Assembly (NCBI GenBank): GCA_965216565.1
Contig: OZ244170.1
Span: 2,976,001-3,040,000, forward strand
Reading direction: 5' to 3'
Source: Bythopirellula sp.
Lineage (GTDB): Bacteria; Planctomycetota; Planctomycetia; Pirellulales; Lacipirellulaceae
Length of the DNA stretch: 64,000 nt
The position numbers and the translations under genes were made by a program. The notes under the pieces were generated by a model, which did no database searches, had not been told where the DNA came from, and saw nothing but the letters and a program-made list of their open reading frames with translations. This document shows positions 19,444 through 29,914 of the stretch, in pieces (the first letter of the stretch is position 1; each line of letters opens with the position of its first letter).

Positions 19444-20040
19444 ATGAGCATCGACCAACTGACCCGGCGCCAAAAAGATGTGTTTCTCTTTATCCGGGAG
19501 AAAATTGAGAATCGGGGCTACGGCCCGACGGTCCGCGAAATTGGCGAAGAGTTTGAAATCAGTTCACCCAATGGCGTGATGTGCCATCTCAAGGCGCTCG
19601 AGAAAAAAGGCCTCATCACCCGCGAACCCAACATGTCGCGGGCCATTCAGCTTACCGAGGCTGCCTGCGAAGATCGTGGCATGCCGCTGGTGGGTCAGAT
19701 CGCTGCCGGCAGTTTAAGTGAAGCCATCGAACAAGCCGAACGTTTTGAATTTGAAGATTGGTTCGGCCAGAAAAACCTGTTCGCCCTCAAGGTGAAAGGC
19801 GACTCCATGATCGAGGCCGCCATTGCCGACGGCGACCTGGTAATTTGCCGCAAGGCCCGCACCGCCGACCGCGGCGACATTGTGGTAGCACTCACCGACG
19901 ACGGTGAGGCAACACTTAAATATTGGTACCCCGAAGCCAACCGCGTCCGTCTCCAACCGGCCAACTCAGAGATGAAACCCATCTACAGCCGCAACGTGAA
20001 AGTCTTGGGCGTTTGCACCGGCGTGGTGCGGAAAGTGTAG
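19444..20040 (+). CDS. lexA: SOS repressor LexA
   Basis: LTRRQ, GPTVREI HTH, IAAG cleavage site, GDSM catalytic Ser, ATLK catalytic Lys. Confidence 0.96.
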   Translation: MSIDQLTRRQKDVFLFIREKIENRGYGPTVREIGEEFEISSPNGVMCHLKALEKKGLITREPNMSRAIQLTEAACEDRGMPLVGQIAAGSLSEAIEQAERFEFEDWFGQKNLFALKVKGDSMIEAAIADGDLVICRKARTADRGDIVVALTDDGEATLKYWYPEANRVRLQPANSEMKPIYSRNVKVLGVCTGVVRKV

Positions 20041-20397
20041 CGATGAGAGTCGGTGCCCGCGAATAACGCTAATCTTCGTGGATGTTGGTTAGCTGTTACT
20101 CTCAGGGATTTCGATAGCTTTTCTCAGCTACGTAGTTAGTTGTCTTTCCGAGGTCCGCCGAGGAATCTAGCCAGCCCCCTCGGGTCTACTTCGTTAGACG
20201 ACTAGCTGGGGCGAGGTGACAGATAGCTTCACGTCTGTGAATCGTTATCCGATTCTCCGGACAGCATCACATAGTCTGCTCACCTGAATGCAACACAACC
20301 AAGTATTGCGATCGCTCTTAGTGCGATTCGGTTCCATTCCATCGCACCCTACACTTCACAACACGATTTCGTTCTATTTGCCCAATTCGTGGTAAAC

Positions 20398-21744
20398 CTA
20401 AGCCGACTGTTCCAAATTCGTCGCTTGGTTCAGCTTGTTGTAGAGCGTCTTGAGGCTAATGCCCAATTGCTCGGCGGCCTGTGGTTTGTTGCCATCGTTG
20501 CGCTCGAGTGCTTCGTGGATGGCTTCCATTTCCAAATCGCGGAGCGAGATGGCACCCCGCCGTTGCTTTGCGGCCCCTTGCAGTTGCCGGCTATCGAAGT
20601 GCTTCGGTAAATGTTCGTGCCGAATCGGTCCGCTGTCGCAGAGAATGGTCGCGTGCTCGATTACGTTGGCCAATTCCCGGACATTTCCTGGCCAGATGTG
20701 GCCCAAAAGGGCCTCCACCGCGTCGGGGGCAAACTCCGCTTCGCTACCGCGTCGATGACGAGAAAGCAAATACCTAGCCAGATCGGGAACATCTTGAATA
20801 CGTTCCCGCAGTGCCGGCAGGTTGATTTCGAATGTGTTGATGCGATACATCAAGTCTTCTCGGAATTCCTCCTCGGAGACCATCGTTGGCAGGTCGCGAT
20901 GCGTCGCGCAAATTACCCGTACGTCGACAGTGGTTGACTTGTTTTCGCCAACGCGGCGAATCTCGCCGCTTTCCAGCACTCGCAGCAGTTTCGCCTGCAT
21001 TGCTTTGGGAAGCTCACCGATTTCATCCAAGAAAATCGTCCCACCGTGGGCGACTTCGAACAGACCAACCCGATGCTCGTCGGCTCCCGTGAACGCACCC
21101 TTCTTATGTCCAAACAATTCGCTTTCGATCAGCGTTTCGGGCAGCGCTCCACAATTGACCGCCACAAAAGGATTTTCTGCACGGGCGCTCTGCTCGTGGA
21201 GAGACCGTGCGACCAGTTCCTTACCGGTACCAGTTTCGCCCAAAATCAACACGGTAGAATTGGTGGGAGCCACCTTCTCGATCAACAGTCGCACCTTCTG
21301 CATTGCCGGCGTCTTGCCAACAAGTTGCGGTGAACCTTCCAATCGCTGCACACGGTGCGTTAGCGCGCGGCACTTCTGCTCCAATTGACGTTTCTCGGCC
21401 ACGCGCTGCAAGAGCGCCTGGATCTCGATTAGTTTGCAAGGCTTAGTAAGGTAATCAAATGCGCCATGACGTAGCGCAGCAATAGCCGTGTCCATCGAGC
21501 TCTTGCCGGTCAGCACCACGGCTTCCGTTTCCGGCGCGTGCTCCTTGCAGTGCGCAATCACGCCGATGCCATCTTTGCCAGGCATGTCCAAGTCGACAAT
21601 GATGCAGTCGTACGTATTTTTCTCGAGTGCCGCGACGGCTGTCAGTCCGTCTGGGCAGACCGTCACCTTATGACCCAACCGCGGCAGTTCGAGCTTCATA
21701 AGCTCCTGCAGCGACTGTTCGTCGTCGGCAAACAACAAAGTCAA
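20398..21744 (-). CDS. Sigma54-dependent response regulator (NtrC/AtoC family)
   Basis: Receiver domain (ADDE, DLDMP), GETGTGKE, ESELFGHKKGAFTGA, WPGNVREL, Fis-type HTH. Confidence 0.95.
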   Translation of the reverse strand: MTLLFADDEQSLQELMKLELPRLGHKVTVCPDGLTAVAALEKNTYDCIIVDLDMPGKDGIGVIAHCKEHAPETEAVVLTGKSSMDTAIAALRHGAFDYLTKPCKLIEIQALLQRVAEKRQLEQKCRALTHRVQRLEGSPQLVGKTPAMQKVRLLIEKVAPTNSTVLILGETGTGKELVARSLHEQSARAENPFVAVNCGALPETLIESELFGHKKGAFTGADEHRVGLFEVAHGGTIFLDEIGELPKAMQAKLLRVLESGEIRRVGENKSTTVDVRVICATHRDLPTMVSEEEFREDLMYRINTFEINLPALRERIQDVPDLARYLLSRHRRGSEAEFAPDAVEALLGHIWPGNVRELANVIEHATILCDSGPIRHEHLPKHFDSRQLQGAAKQRRGAISLRDLEMEAIHEALERNDGNKPQAAEQLGISLKTLYNKLNQATNLEQSA

Positions 21745-21754
21745 TCCTTGACCT

Positions 21755-23413
21755 TTAGGCTGCTTGGTAGTGATGATGACTCTCCTTCGTTGAAAATTCG
21801 GTTGGCAAAGTCACGACAAACCGCGATCCCTTGCCCACGCCTGCACTGGTGGCTTCGATGTTTCCTTGATGCTCTTCCACAATTCTGTAGGTAATCGACA
21901 GACCCAAGCCGGTTCCCTGCCCGCTACGTCGTCGTGTGAAGAATGGCTCGAACAAATGTTTGAGTACTTCCTCATTCATCCCGCAACCATTGTCTTCGAC
22001 AACTAGTTGTGCTCGTTGGTTATTCTTCTCAATCGAGACGCTCACCTTACCGCCGGAGTCCACGCTCTCCAGACCGTTGGTGATAAGATTCAGCATCACT
22101 TGCTTGATTTCCTGCGCGTTCACCTGCACGATCGCTGGGTCGCCGGACTTAAGCTCGATTTGCTTGTCTTGGTATTTGCCGAGGTGCTGCACCATATCGA
22201 TCACACCATCGACCAGTTCTCGCAAGTCGGTGCTATGTCGCTGGGAATCGCCCATACGGGCAAAGTCGAGCAGTTTTTCGGTGATTTGTTTGCAGCGAAA
22301 CGCCTCGCGTTGGATCATTTGCAGGTAGTCGTGGGCCACTTTCACATCTTCGGCGTGATCGTCTTCGACTTGCTCTAGAAGCTCGGTCAACCGGCTCTCC
22401 AACGACTCGCTGCACAAAGCGATCGAAGCCAGTGGATTGTTAATCTCGTGGGAAACCCCAGCCGCCAAAAAGCCCACGCTGGCCAATTGTTCGCTACGAA
22501 CAACCTGGTTGGTCCGCAGTCGCACTTGTCGATCGAGGTCGTCGCGAATTTCCTGGAAGCGGGCCGTCATGTCGTTCATGGCCAGTGCCAGTTCGCCCAT
22601 TTCGTCGTCAGTACCGAGTTCGATGCGGTGATTGAAATTCCCCTGAGCTACTTCGCGGGAACCTCTTACGAGTGTTTCCAGCGGATTGGCAAACCATGTG
22701 TAGAACAGTCGAACGGCAGAAACCATCAACAACAGTGCGACACCCGCATTCACCCAGGCGGCAATAATCGCTGTGCGGTAATGCGCCCGTACATCGTCGG
22801 AGAGTTCTTTCAAGCGTGTGTGCAAATGGCTGGGCAAGTCGGCCGCCAAATGGGCGAGTTGATCGATCTCTTCACGTAGCACACCGATTTGTGATTGATC
22901 GAGCAACCAATCTTCTTCGAGCTGATCATGATACTTTTGCGTGCCAAGTCGGCCGAGCACTTCGAAAATCTGCGATAGAGTTTGCCGTTCGTGCGAATCG
23001 TCGCCCAATCGGAAGTCGGCTTCGGATGCCACGCGGTCGAGCTGTCGACTGTATTGGTCGACGGCATCCACCAGATTCAACAATGCCTCGCGATATTGTT
23101 CACGCGTCCACTGAGCATCCCAGGGATAGGTGGCAATGGAACTCTCTAGTTCGGAATCGCTCGACAAAGCTTCCACGGCCGCGGGGAATTCCAGACGTTC
23201 TTTTGCTTGACTCAAGATGACGCGGATGTCGCTCACATGCTGACGAATTTCACCAGCCAGAGGCAACTCAGCCGAGCGCGCACTCAAACCTTTTACCAAT
23301 CCGCGGTAAGCGTACAGCCCATAGTACGCACTAGCAAACAGCGCAAGCACTGTAACCAGCAAGAGACCCAAGCCTAGCTTGAGTTTAGTTCGAATGGGCC
23401 AATGGGACAGCAC
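21755..23413 (-). CDS. HAMP sensor histidine kinase
   Basis: Two TM segments, HAMP, SHEINNPL H-box, N/G1/F/G2 boxes. Confidence 0.95.
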   Translation of the reverse strand: MLSHWPIRTKLKLGLGLLLVTVLALFASAYYGLYAYRGLVKGLSARSAELPLAGEIRQHVSDIRVILSQAKERLEFPAAVEALSSDSELESSIATYPWDAQWTREQYREALLNLVDAVDQYSRQLDRVASEADFRLGDDSHERQTLSQIFEVLGRLGTQKYHDQLEEDWLLDQSQIGVLREEIDQLAHLAADLPSHLHTRLKELSDDVRAHYRTAIIAAWVNAGVALLLMVSAVRLFYTWFANPLETLVRGSREVAQGNFNHRIELGTDDEMGELALAMNDMTARFQEIRDDLDRQVRLRTNQVVRSEQLASVGFLAAGVSHEINNPLASIALCSESLESRLTELLEQVEDDHAEDVKVAHDYLQMIQREAFRCKQITEKLLDFARMGDSQRHSTDLRELVDGVIDMVQHLGKYQDKQIELKSGDPAIVQVNAQEIKQVMLNLITNGLESVDSGGKVSVSIEKNNQRAQLVVEDNGCGMNEEVLKHLFEPFFTRRRSGQGTGLGLSITYRIVEEHQGNIEATSAGVGKGSRFVVTLPTEFSTKESHHHYQAA

Positions 23414-23679
23414 CGACGACCTCCTTGTCGCACACGGTCGCTTCCAGATTTACTATAACGAGTGTCTTCATGACACCCGACGGGAAAGGCAGTCTATCAG
23501 CCCAGTCGGAAATCGAACAAGAACAGTTCTCGCCTGCGATACTCGATGCCAGCGTCCGCGGCAAAGTGCTAGCAATCTGTATGCACGATTTTATCCGGAG
23601 GCATACTTGCCTCCAAAGTGCGTCGGAGCGCGTGGCGGTCCGCCTATTGGCAAACGGACGAGTTTATTCTCAAGACAAT

Positions 23680-24906
23680 CTAAAAAGAGAGCTTCAGCAT
23701 TCGCCAGCCGCTCCAATTGAATTGGTCAAACCGAATGACCTTTTTCAATAGCCAATAACCAACCAGAGCTAGCACCAGATTCCCCGTCCAGACGGCGATG
23801 GGATGCACCATGCCGCTTTTGGCGAAGTCGACCGTCACGACCAGCATGGGATAGTACAGCAACAAGATAGGCAGAAAACAAGCAAAGAAACTGCCCCAAA
23901 ATTCGCCCCGCCGCAACAAGATGGCCACCGGCGCGCCGACCAATACAAAGCACAGACAACTCAACCCACCCGACCAACGACGGTGTGGTTCGGTATACAG
24001 GCGTTGCAATCGTTCTTGAGAACCACGCAGTTGGCCCTCGCGTGCGCGCCATACTGGCTCAGCAACCTCATAGCTGCGGCCCGTCATCAAGGCATAGCCC
24101 ATATCAGCAGTCATTTCCTGCTGGAGCTGGTCGATTCTGTCGATCGTCTCCGACTTGGCAGGTCCGATTTCCCAGAGCGCTAAGTTGGAAGGGCTTTGCG
24201 AACGACTCATTTCGCCGGTAAACATCTCGATCGGCCACGACTCTTCGAACACGCCGGGATAAGTTCCCGATCCCCCCAGCAGATCACCCTCCGCATTGAG
24301 CAATCTTACTTTCACTGCATTCTGAACCCGATCGACGGAAACCTCCGCTTCGTCCGCAGTGATCAGTACCGGTTTGCCTTTGGTAGAAGTGATTTTGATG
24401 ATTGGCTGCAAGAGCGTGCTGCCAGAAACGCCGCGAACGTTGATTTCTAGATTTCCTAGCCGCAAGGCACGTTTGGTCTTGAGACGCCCGTACACAATCT
24501 CTTCGAACGATTCCAAGAATACGGCCTGCACCCCGCCACGGCCCCAGGATACCGCTTTGTCATTGATCCAAACCGCCAGCACACTCACGGCCAGCGCCAC
24601 AATCAGCGTTGGCCAAACCATTGCCATGGGTGAAATCCCAAGCGATTTCACGGCGATGACTTCGTTCGAGGCCGCTATTCTGCCGTATACAATCGTGCCA
24701 GCCAGCAACATAGTTCCCGGCACCGTGAGCGCGAGCGATTGGGGTATGAAATAGGGAATCGTCCGCAAGACACCAACTAGTCCGTAACCTTTGTCGACAG
24801 CTTCCTCACCCACCAAAATCAGCATCACAAACACCGTCATCGTGGTCAGCGTGACCATAAAGACGGTGAGCAGCTCAAAAATCACATAGCGGGTTAGAAG
24901 TCGCAT
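23680..24906 (-). CDS. LptF/LptG family LPS export permease
   Basis: LLTRYV start, NEVIAVKSLGISP motif, 3+3 TM layout. Confidence 0.88.
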   Translation of the reverse strand: MRLLTRYVIFELLTVFMVTLTTMTVFVMLILVGEEAVDKGYGLVGVLRTIPYFIPQSLALTVPGTMLLAGTIVYGRIAASNEVIAVKSLGISPMAMVWPTLIVALAVSVLAVWINDKAVSWGRGGVQAVFLESFEEIVYGRLKTKRALRLGNLEINVRGVSGSTLLQPIIKITSTKGKPVLITADEAEVSVDRVQNAVKVRLLNAEGDLLGGSGTYPGVFEESWPIEMFTGEMSRSQSPSNLALWEIGPAKSETIDRIDQLQQEMTADMGYALMTGRSYEVAEPVWRAREGQLRGSQERLQRLYTEPHRRWSGGLSCLCFVLVGAPVAILLRRGEFWGSFFACFLPILLLYYPMLVVTVDFAKSGMVHPIAVWTGNLVLALVGYWLLKKVIRFDQFNWSGWRMLKLSF

Positions 24907-25110
24907 GAATCAATGGATGGCCAAGTTGAATGGCTTTTACGAAATCGAATTGAGGGGTACGGTTATCGCTAGGCAAACTAGCTTGTAGAGAGCGGGCATA
25001 CTGTAGCAAGCTATCGCCGTTATGCGACAGACCAGAAAAATGCTAGCAGCGAATAGCCGCGATGCGATGCATCGCCGGAGATATGCATCGCCGGAAACTT
25101 GGCGTGGGGC

Positions 25111-26445
25111 TCAGTCGTCATTCATTAAATCGACCGATGAGTCGCTAGGCCGTCCCATTTTCGACTGCCGGAGCGCTTCCATCAGTCCCCGCACCGCACT
25201 GCAATAAGCAACGAGTGCAGCTTGGTAGTCGCCCCGATGCATCGCCTGATGGGCAACTTCGCGATCTTTGTGAATTTTCTTGAGATCAAATTCCCAATCG
25301 CCCTGCGCTTCTAAATCTTCCAATTGCCTGACTATATCCGTTAGTGGCTCGATGCGGCTGGCATTGGGGGCACACGTGTGGCGGCGATAAGGTGCTTTGC
25401 CCCGCAAGCCAATCTCTTCGAGCAACCCACCTGAATTCCCCGAACCGATGTGCTGCATCCAGGCAAACATCGCCGACAAAGCAAGCCCCACACCGCCCAG
25501 GATAGCGGGAATTCCGTAATCCAATAGCGCACAGCAAACAAGCACAATCCCGCTGAGCGTAACTGCCGCCCAAGTGAGCGGATGAACATTCCCGCGCGAA
25601 CTACGCGGCTGAATAATGGTGCTGTGCGAGAGCTTCTGCGGAGCGGGCTGCCCTAACTGGTCGGGATCCACCACTTCGACAACGATTCCAGTGATGTTAT
25701 CTGGTCCACCCAGCAGATTGGCCAAATCGAGTAAAGTTTGGGTCGCGTCACCGGGCGGCAACGATCCCATCACCATGCCAATTAGTTCCGGGTTGAGGGG
25801 ACCCGTCAAACCATCGCTGCAAAGCAAAAAGCGATCGCCCTTTTCCAATCGAAACGGTCCCTCGACATCCACAGCCACCGTTGGGTTGGGACCGAGGGAT
25901 CGGGTAATGACATTCTTGGGGACGTAAGCAGGAATTTCATCCTCGCTGGCGTGGCCCGCGGCAGCCATCTCCCAAACGAGACTGTGATCGAATGTGAGTT
26001 GCTCCAGCAGATCTCCGCGCAGTCGATAGACACGGCTATCGCCAATGTGGGCGGCGATTGCTCCACAGGGCAACACTAGCAAGCAACTACAGGTTGTTCC
26101 CATCCCCTGAAAATCGACGCTGTTCTGTCCTTTGTTGTAAACCACCCCATTGGTATGGCGAACGGCCTCGACAATTGCCTCGCTCGGCGAAAGATCGCGA
26201 AGCTTGTGATAACTGTGCGGGATATTGTCAGTTGCCAGTTTGCTGGCAAGCTCGCCTGCGGCGTGTGCTCCCATGCCATCGGCGACGACAAACAAATGAC
26301 CGTGACTCTTGAATTGTTGCTGAGAATCGGCCAACGCCACGGCCAGTGAATCTTGATTGCTGGAACGACGCATGCCCACATCGCTAGCAGCCGCACAGCG
26401 TAGGCCACCTGAGATTTGTTCCAGCTTGACGTTGGGATTAGCCAT
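25111..26445 (-). CDS. PP2C-family Ser/Thr phosphatase with C-terminal TM region
   Basis: GMRRSSNQD, VADGMG, GMGTT, HIGDSR, LCSDGL and GGPDNIT motifs. Confidence 0.93.
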   Translation of the reverse strand: MANPNVKLEQISGGLRCAAASDVGMRRSSNQDSLAVALADSQQQFKSHGHLFVVADGMGAHAAGELASKLATDNIPHSYHKLRDLSPSEAIVEAVRHTNGVVYNKGQNSVDFQGMGTTCSCLLVLPCGAIAAHIGDSRVYRLRGDLLEQLTFDHSLVWEMAAAGHASEDEIPAYVPKNVITRSLGPNPTVAVDVEGPFRLEKGDRFLLCSDGLTGPLNPELIGMVMGSLPPGDATQTLLDLANLLGGPDNITGIVVEVVDPDQLGQPAPQKLSHSTIIQPRSSRGNVHPLTWAAVTLSGIVLVCCALLDYGIPAILGGVGLALSAMFAWMQHIGSGNSGGLLEEIGLRGKAPYRRHTCAPNASRIEPLTDIVRQLEDLEAQGDWEFDLKKIHKDREVAHQAMHRGDYQAALVAYCSAVRGLMEALRQSKMGRPSDSSVDLMNDD

Positions 26446-26695
26446 ACAGCGAAGAAAGACGTTTGCCAGGGAGTGGTGAAAGATGCCGCGGATTGGCCAT
26501 AGGCAAGCGTCTGGTTTGCCAAGCTCGAATCAATGCAAGCTAGCTATTTTAACCGTTAAGCAAGCAGTGTGATAGTCGGCCAGTTTTTTTGGAAGGAGTC
26601 TCCCACCAGCCGCAAGTCGGCATGGTCAGCATCGAAACGGGCACCTATACTCCTGCCCCCGTATTCTGCAAGCATGTCTGGTCCCTCAGCAATTG

Positions 26696-27286
26696 ATGAA
26701 GCATTTCACACCACAGCCGATTCACCTCGCCACATGCCTGGCCTTAGTCTGTTGCACGCTGCTACCTGGCTGCGTTCGCCGACGGCTGATGGTCCGCAGC
26801 AATCCGCCGGGGGCGATGGTCTATGTCGACAACCAACCTGTTGGCACGACCCCCTGCGCCACCGATTTCATTTACTACGGCACGCGCGAAATTCGACTGA
26901 TCAAGCCCGGCTACGAAACCCTGACAGTCAACCAGCCCATTCCTGCACCGTGGTACGAGATTCCACCGTTAGATTTTGTCAGCGAGAATCTAGCACCTCA
27001 GAAAATACAAGACTATCGCACCGTCTCGTTCAATCTGGTGCCGCAAGTGATTGTGCCCACCGAGCAACTCCTAGGGCGTGCCGAGCAACTCCGCCAGAAC
27101 ACACAGCAAGGCGCCGTCTTGCCGGCCGCGGCAACGAGTGTCCCGGGAATCACCACTCCGGTAATCCCCGCACTGCCAACCATCCCCACCGACTCTCCAG
27201 CGGGTCCAGAATTCATTCCGCCGGGCGCGCAAACTCTGCCCCCGTCGGGTCAGATACTTCAACCGTTGCCGGCGCCGGCGCAGTAA
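26696..27286 (+). CDS. PEGA-domain lipoprotein
   Basis: Lipobox LPGC; VRSNPPGAMVYVD..PVGTTP..KPGYE; Pro-rich tail. Confidence 0.88.
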   Translation: MKHFTPQPIHLATCLALVCCTLLPGCVRRRLMVRSNPPGAMVYVDNQPVGTTPCATDFIYYGTREIRLIKPGYETLTVNQPIPAPWYEIPPLDFVSENLAPQKIQDYRTVSFNLVPQVIVPTEQLLGRAEQLRQNTQQGAVLPAAATSVPGITTPVIPALPTIPTDSPAGPEFIPPGAQTLPPSGQILQPLPAPAQ

Positions 27287-27310
27287 GGCAATGGGCAATC
27301 GTCTTTCGAA

Positions 27311-27370
27311 GTAGCTGAATTCGTAAGAACTCAGATTGTGTGCTGGCTGAATTCTTGCGAATCCAGCTAC
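27311..27370. repeat. GTAG-type REP doublet
   Basis: GTAGCTGAATTCGTAAGAACTCAG...CTGAATTCTTGCGAATCCAGCTAC; near-identical copy at 54689-54748. Confidence 0.88.
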
Positions 27371-27563
27371 GTACGATCGCATGCACAAACGCAACAAAGC
27401 CCACGGACAATGAATGTCGCGAGGGCTCTGCTACGGTGAATGTGAATTGTAATAGGCTGGAGGGGGGAGACAGTAGGCTGTAGGTAGTGGACCTCTAGCC
27501 TCGATTCTTGCTTCAACCTCTTAGTGTCTGAAGCCTCCAGCCTTCAGCCTCAAAGCCTTCTAC

Positions 27564-29183
27564 CTACCAGGTAAATCCACTACCGATCGAGAAACCGACG
27601 AAGTCGACGATCAAGCCTGGTGCGGAAGAACTAGCAGCCACCTGGGAGGCAGTACCAGCCCCGCCGTCCGCAACTCCTGCGAATGAACCGGAAGCGGCTC
27701 CGCCCAACGAGGCATCCCAATACTGATATTCAAAGGCGGTGCGGAAGAAAGCCTTGGCAGGCAAGCAACGCAGGGCAAAGTCCCATTGCAAACCTGCTTG
27801 GATTTCACCGATGAACAGGTCATCGTTCACCCGGGCAATAGCCCCATCGATTGATCCCGCCGCGGCAACAGCGGCTCCTGCACCCAGCGAGTCAACTCGG
27901 GCTTCCGACTCCACTTCGTTGTGGCTACAACCCCACAGCACCGAACCACGGGCGCTGTAGTACCAATGGACACAAGAGCAAGGGAACAGCGGCTTACGAC
28001 CATTGAGGCCAAATGTCAGCCCTGTGCCGTGTGCCTGACGATTTCGTCGAGCATAAGCAGCCAGTAAACCATCAATCGTATTGGACCGAGCGTAGATCGA
28101 TTCATGATGTTCGATCAGAGCATAACGAACACCAAAGGCGAACTGGTTCTTGCAGCCATGCAAACAGAAGTTGCGAGTTAGCTCGATATCGGTGTAATAC
28201 GCTTCCAGAATACTATTCACATCGTAGCTGTGTTCTGCAGGTGGCGGAACAGCGGTGATATCGTAGAAGTCGTGATCGTGTTCACCGGCTCGCAGATGGA
28301 AGTAACGACCAACGATACCCCACTTGCAACCTTGGCACCCGATCGAGATCCGAGGTGCACCGTAGATGTCGTCCAACGACGCTTGACCGTTGGCAGGGCC
28401 AAACTGAGCGGCAGTCACTAGAGGATCGCCCTCAGAGAAAACATAATTAACCGGTGCGCCGTTGATGTCTGGATTCAGAAACACAGCTTCGACGCCCACT
28501 ACCAGGATCTTTGGTGGGCAGCAAGGTTGGCAACCGCAACAGCCATCGCAGCAGCCGGTGGTGCAAGAGTCGCAGCAGCCAGCTCCGCCATAGTTCATCA
28601 CGGGCGAACCCCATTCCACCGCGCCTTCGCTCTGGACGTATTCTTCTGTAACAGGTGGTGCCGCGGCTTGACCGGCAGACTCTTCTGCCATGTAAGCCTG
28701 CGTGGCGAAGGCCACACGAGGATTGACTTGGCTGCTGGCGAGCTGCGTTGAATCAGACGGTTCGACAACTGGCAATGAGATCAGCTCAGCCCCTTGATCA
28801 AACCGTTGCGAATGGACAATGGTCTCTGAAGTTTGCTCTGTGGCAGATTTGCTACCCGAGACCGTTACGCCAACTACTTCTGGTTCAACAGCAGGCGAAA
28901 TCGCCTCTTTGGTAGGTGCCACAGAGGCCGTTGCCTTCTCCTTCACGGGAGGAAATACCGTGAGGTCCTCACCGCGATCAACACCGAAGACACGTACGGT
29001 GGTTCCCTTCTCCGCATTCTCCTCTTCTTCTGAGGCTCCAATGCGTAGAACGTTCAGTGGCGCGAAGGCTCGCTTAGCTTCCCGCCAAGCGGACGATTCT
29101 TCGCCAGCTACGTTATGCGTAACGCAGCTACTTACGAGGGTCAGCGTTGCTAATGCAACTGCCAGGGTATGGTTCGATTTCAT
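27564..29183 (-). CDS. Planctomycete outer-membrane beta-barrel protein (Lpg1974/BBP7-like) with Cys-rich linker
   Basis: GGAGG SD before ATG 29183; signal peptide; CCDSC..CCDGCCGC..CC linker; beta-strands; FEYQYW; C-terminal Trp. Confidence 0.75.
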   Translation of the reverse strand: MKSNHTLAVALATLTLVSSCVTHNVAGEESSAWREAKRAFAPLNVLRIGASEEEENAEKGTTVRVFGVDRGEDLTVFPPVKEKATASVAPTKEAISPAVEPEVVGVTVSGSKSATEQTSETIVHSQRFDQGAELISLPVVEPSDSTQLASSQVNPRVAFATQAYMAEESAGQAAAPPVTEEYVQSEGAVEWGSPVMNYGGAGCCDSCTTGCCDGCCGCQPCCPPKILVVGVEAVFLNPDINGAPVNYVFSEGDPLVTAAQFGPANGQASLDDIYGAPRISIGCQGCKWGIVGRYFHLRAGEHDHDFYDITAVPPPAEHSYDVNSILEAYYTDIELTRNFCLHGCKNQFAFGVRYALIEHHESIYARSNTIDGLLAAYARRNRQAHGTGLTFGLNGRKPLFPCSCVHWYYSARGSVLWGCSHNEVESEARVDSLGAGAAVAAAGSIDGAIARVNDDLFIGEIQAGLQWDFALRCLPAKAFFRTAFEYQYWDASLGGAASGSFAGVADGGAGTASQVAASSSAPGLIVDFVGFSIGSGFTW

Positions 29184-29914
29184 GATAGCAATGGCCTCCA
29201 CGGTGCCATGGTGATCGTGCGCTGTGTCAAGCAAGGCGAATCGCTCAATTCGTTGAGCCGTCCTGCTATTGCAGCGTCACAACACTCTGGGGAAGGTTAA
29301 GTTCTATGGTGGGATGGTGATTGCGTGCTAACGGCACTCAATCGGTGGGTACAACACTTGTCATTCCACTCGCCCCTACTCATCACTGGGGCCTAGCAGG
29401 GCACTGCTCACAATCGGCCTGCTCCTCACAGGAGTTGCCAATGGCAGATACGGTGGGTCCCTGCTAAGTGGACTAACACACAGAAGGCGATCGACCCGCA
29501 GTTCCCCAACAATCAAGGAAATTGGTCCTCAGCCACACGACTGGCAAAAGCGTTAAAGTTCAACATAGGGCAAATAGGGACCCTCAGGAATTTTTTCCGC
29601 AGTCACGATCAGCACTAGAAAAGCAGATATCTGAGAGCCCTAGGGGAGGAGGTGAACTGGGCAATTTGTGACGTAGTTTCAAACGACCCTTCAAGTGGAG
29701 CGACCCGAACAGTCGATCCCAGCGGTACCGTCGGTAGATTTGGCACAGCGTGCTTCTGCCGGCTCAACCCGAGAAAACCCACCGAGCGTTCCTATCCCAC
29801 TACCCGCACGGGTAGGAAGACTCGCCCAAGATTCTCCGACCGCTAGCATGCGTAAGCTGCCGCGATACTCGCCAATCCGCACCAAGGATTGTCGCAACGG
29901 ATAAAGACCCACCT

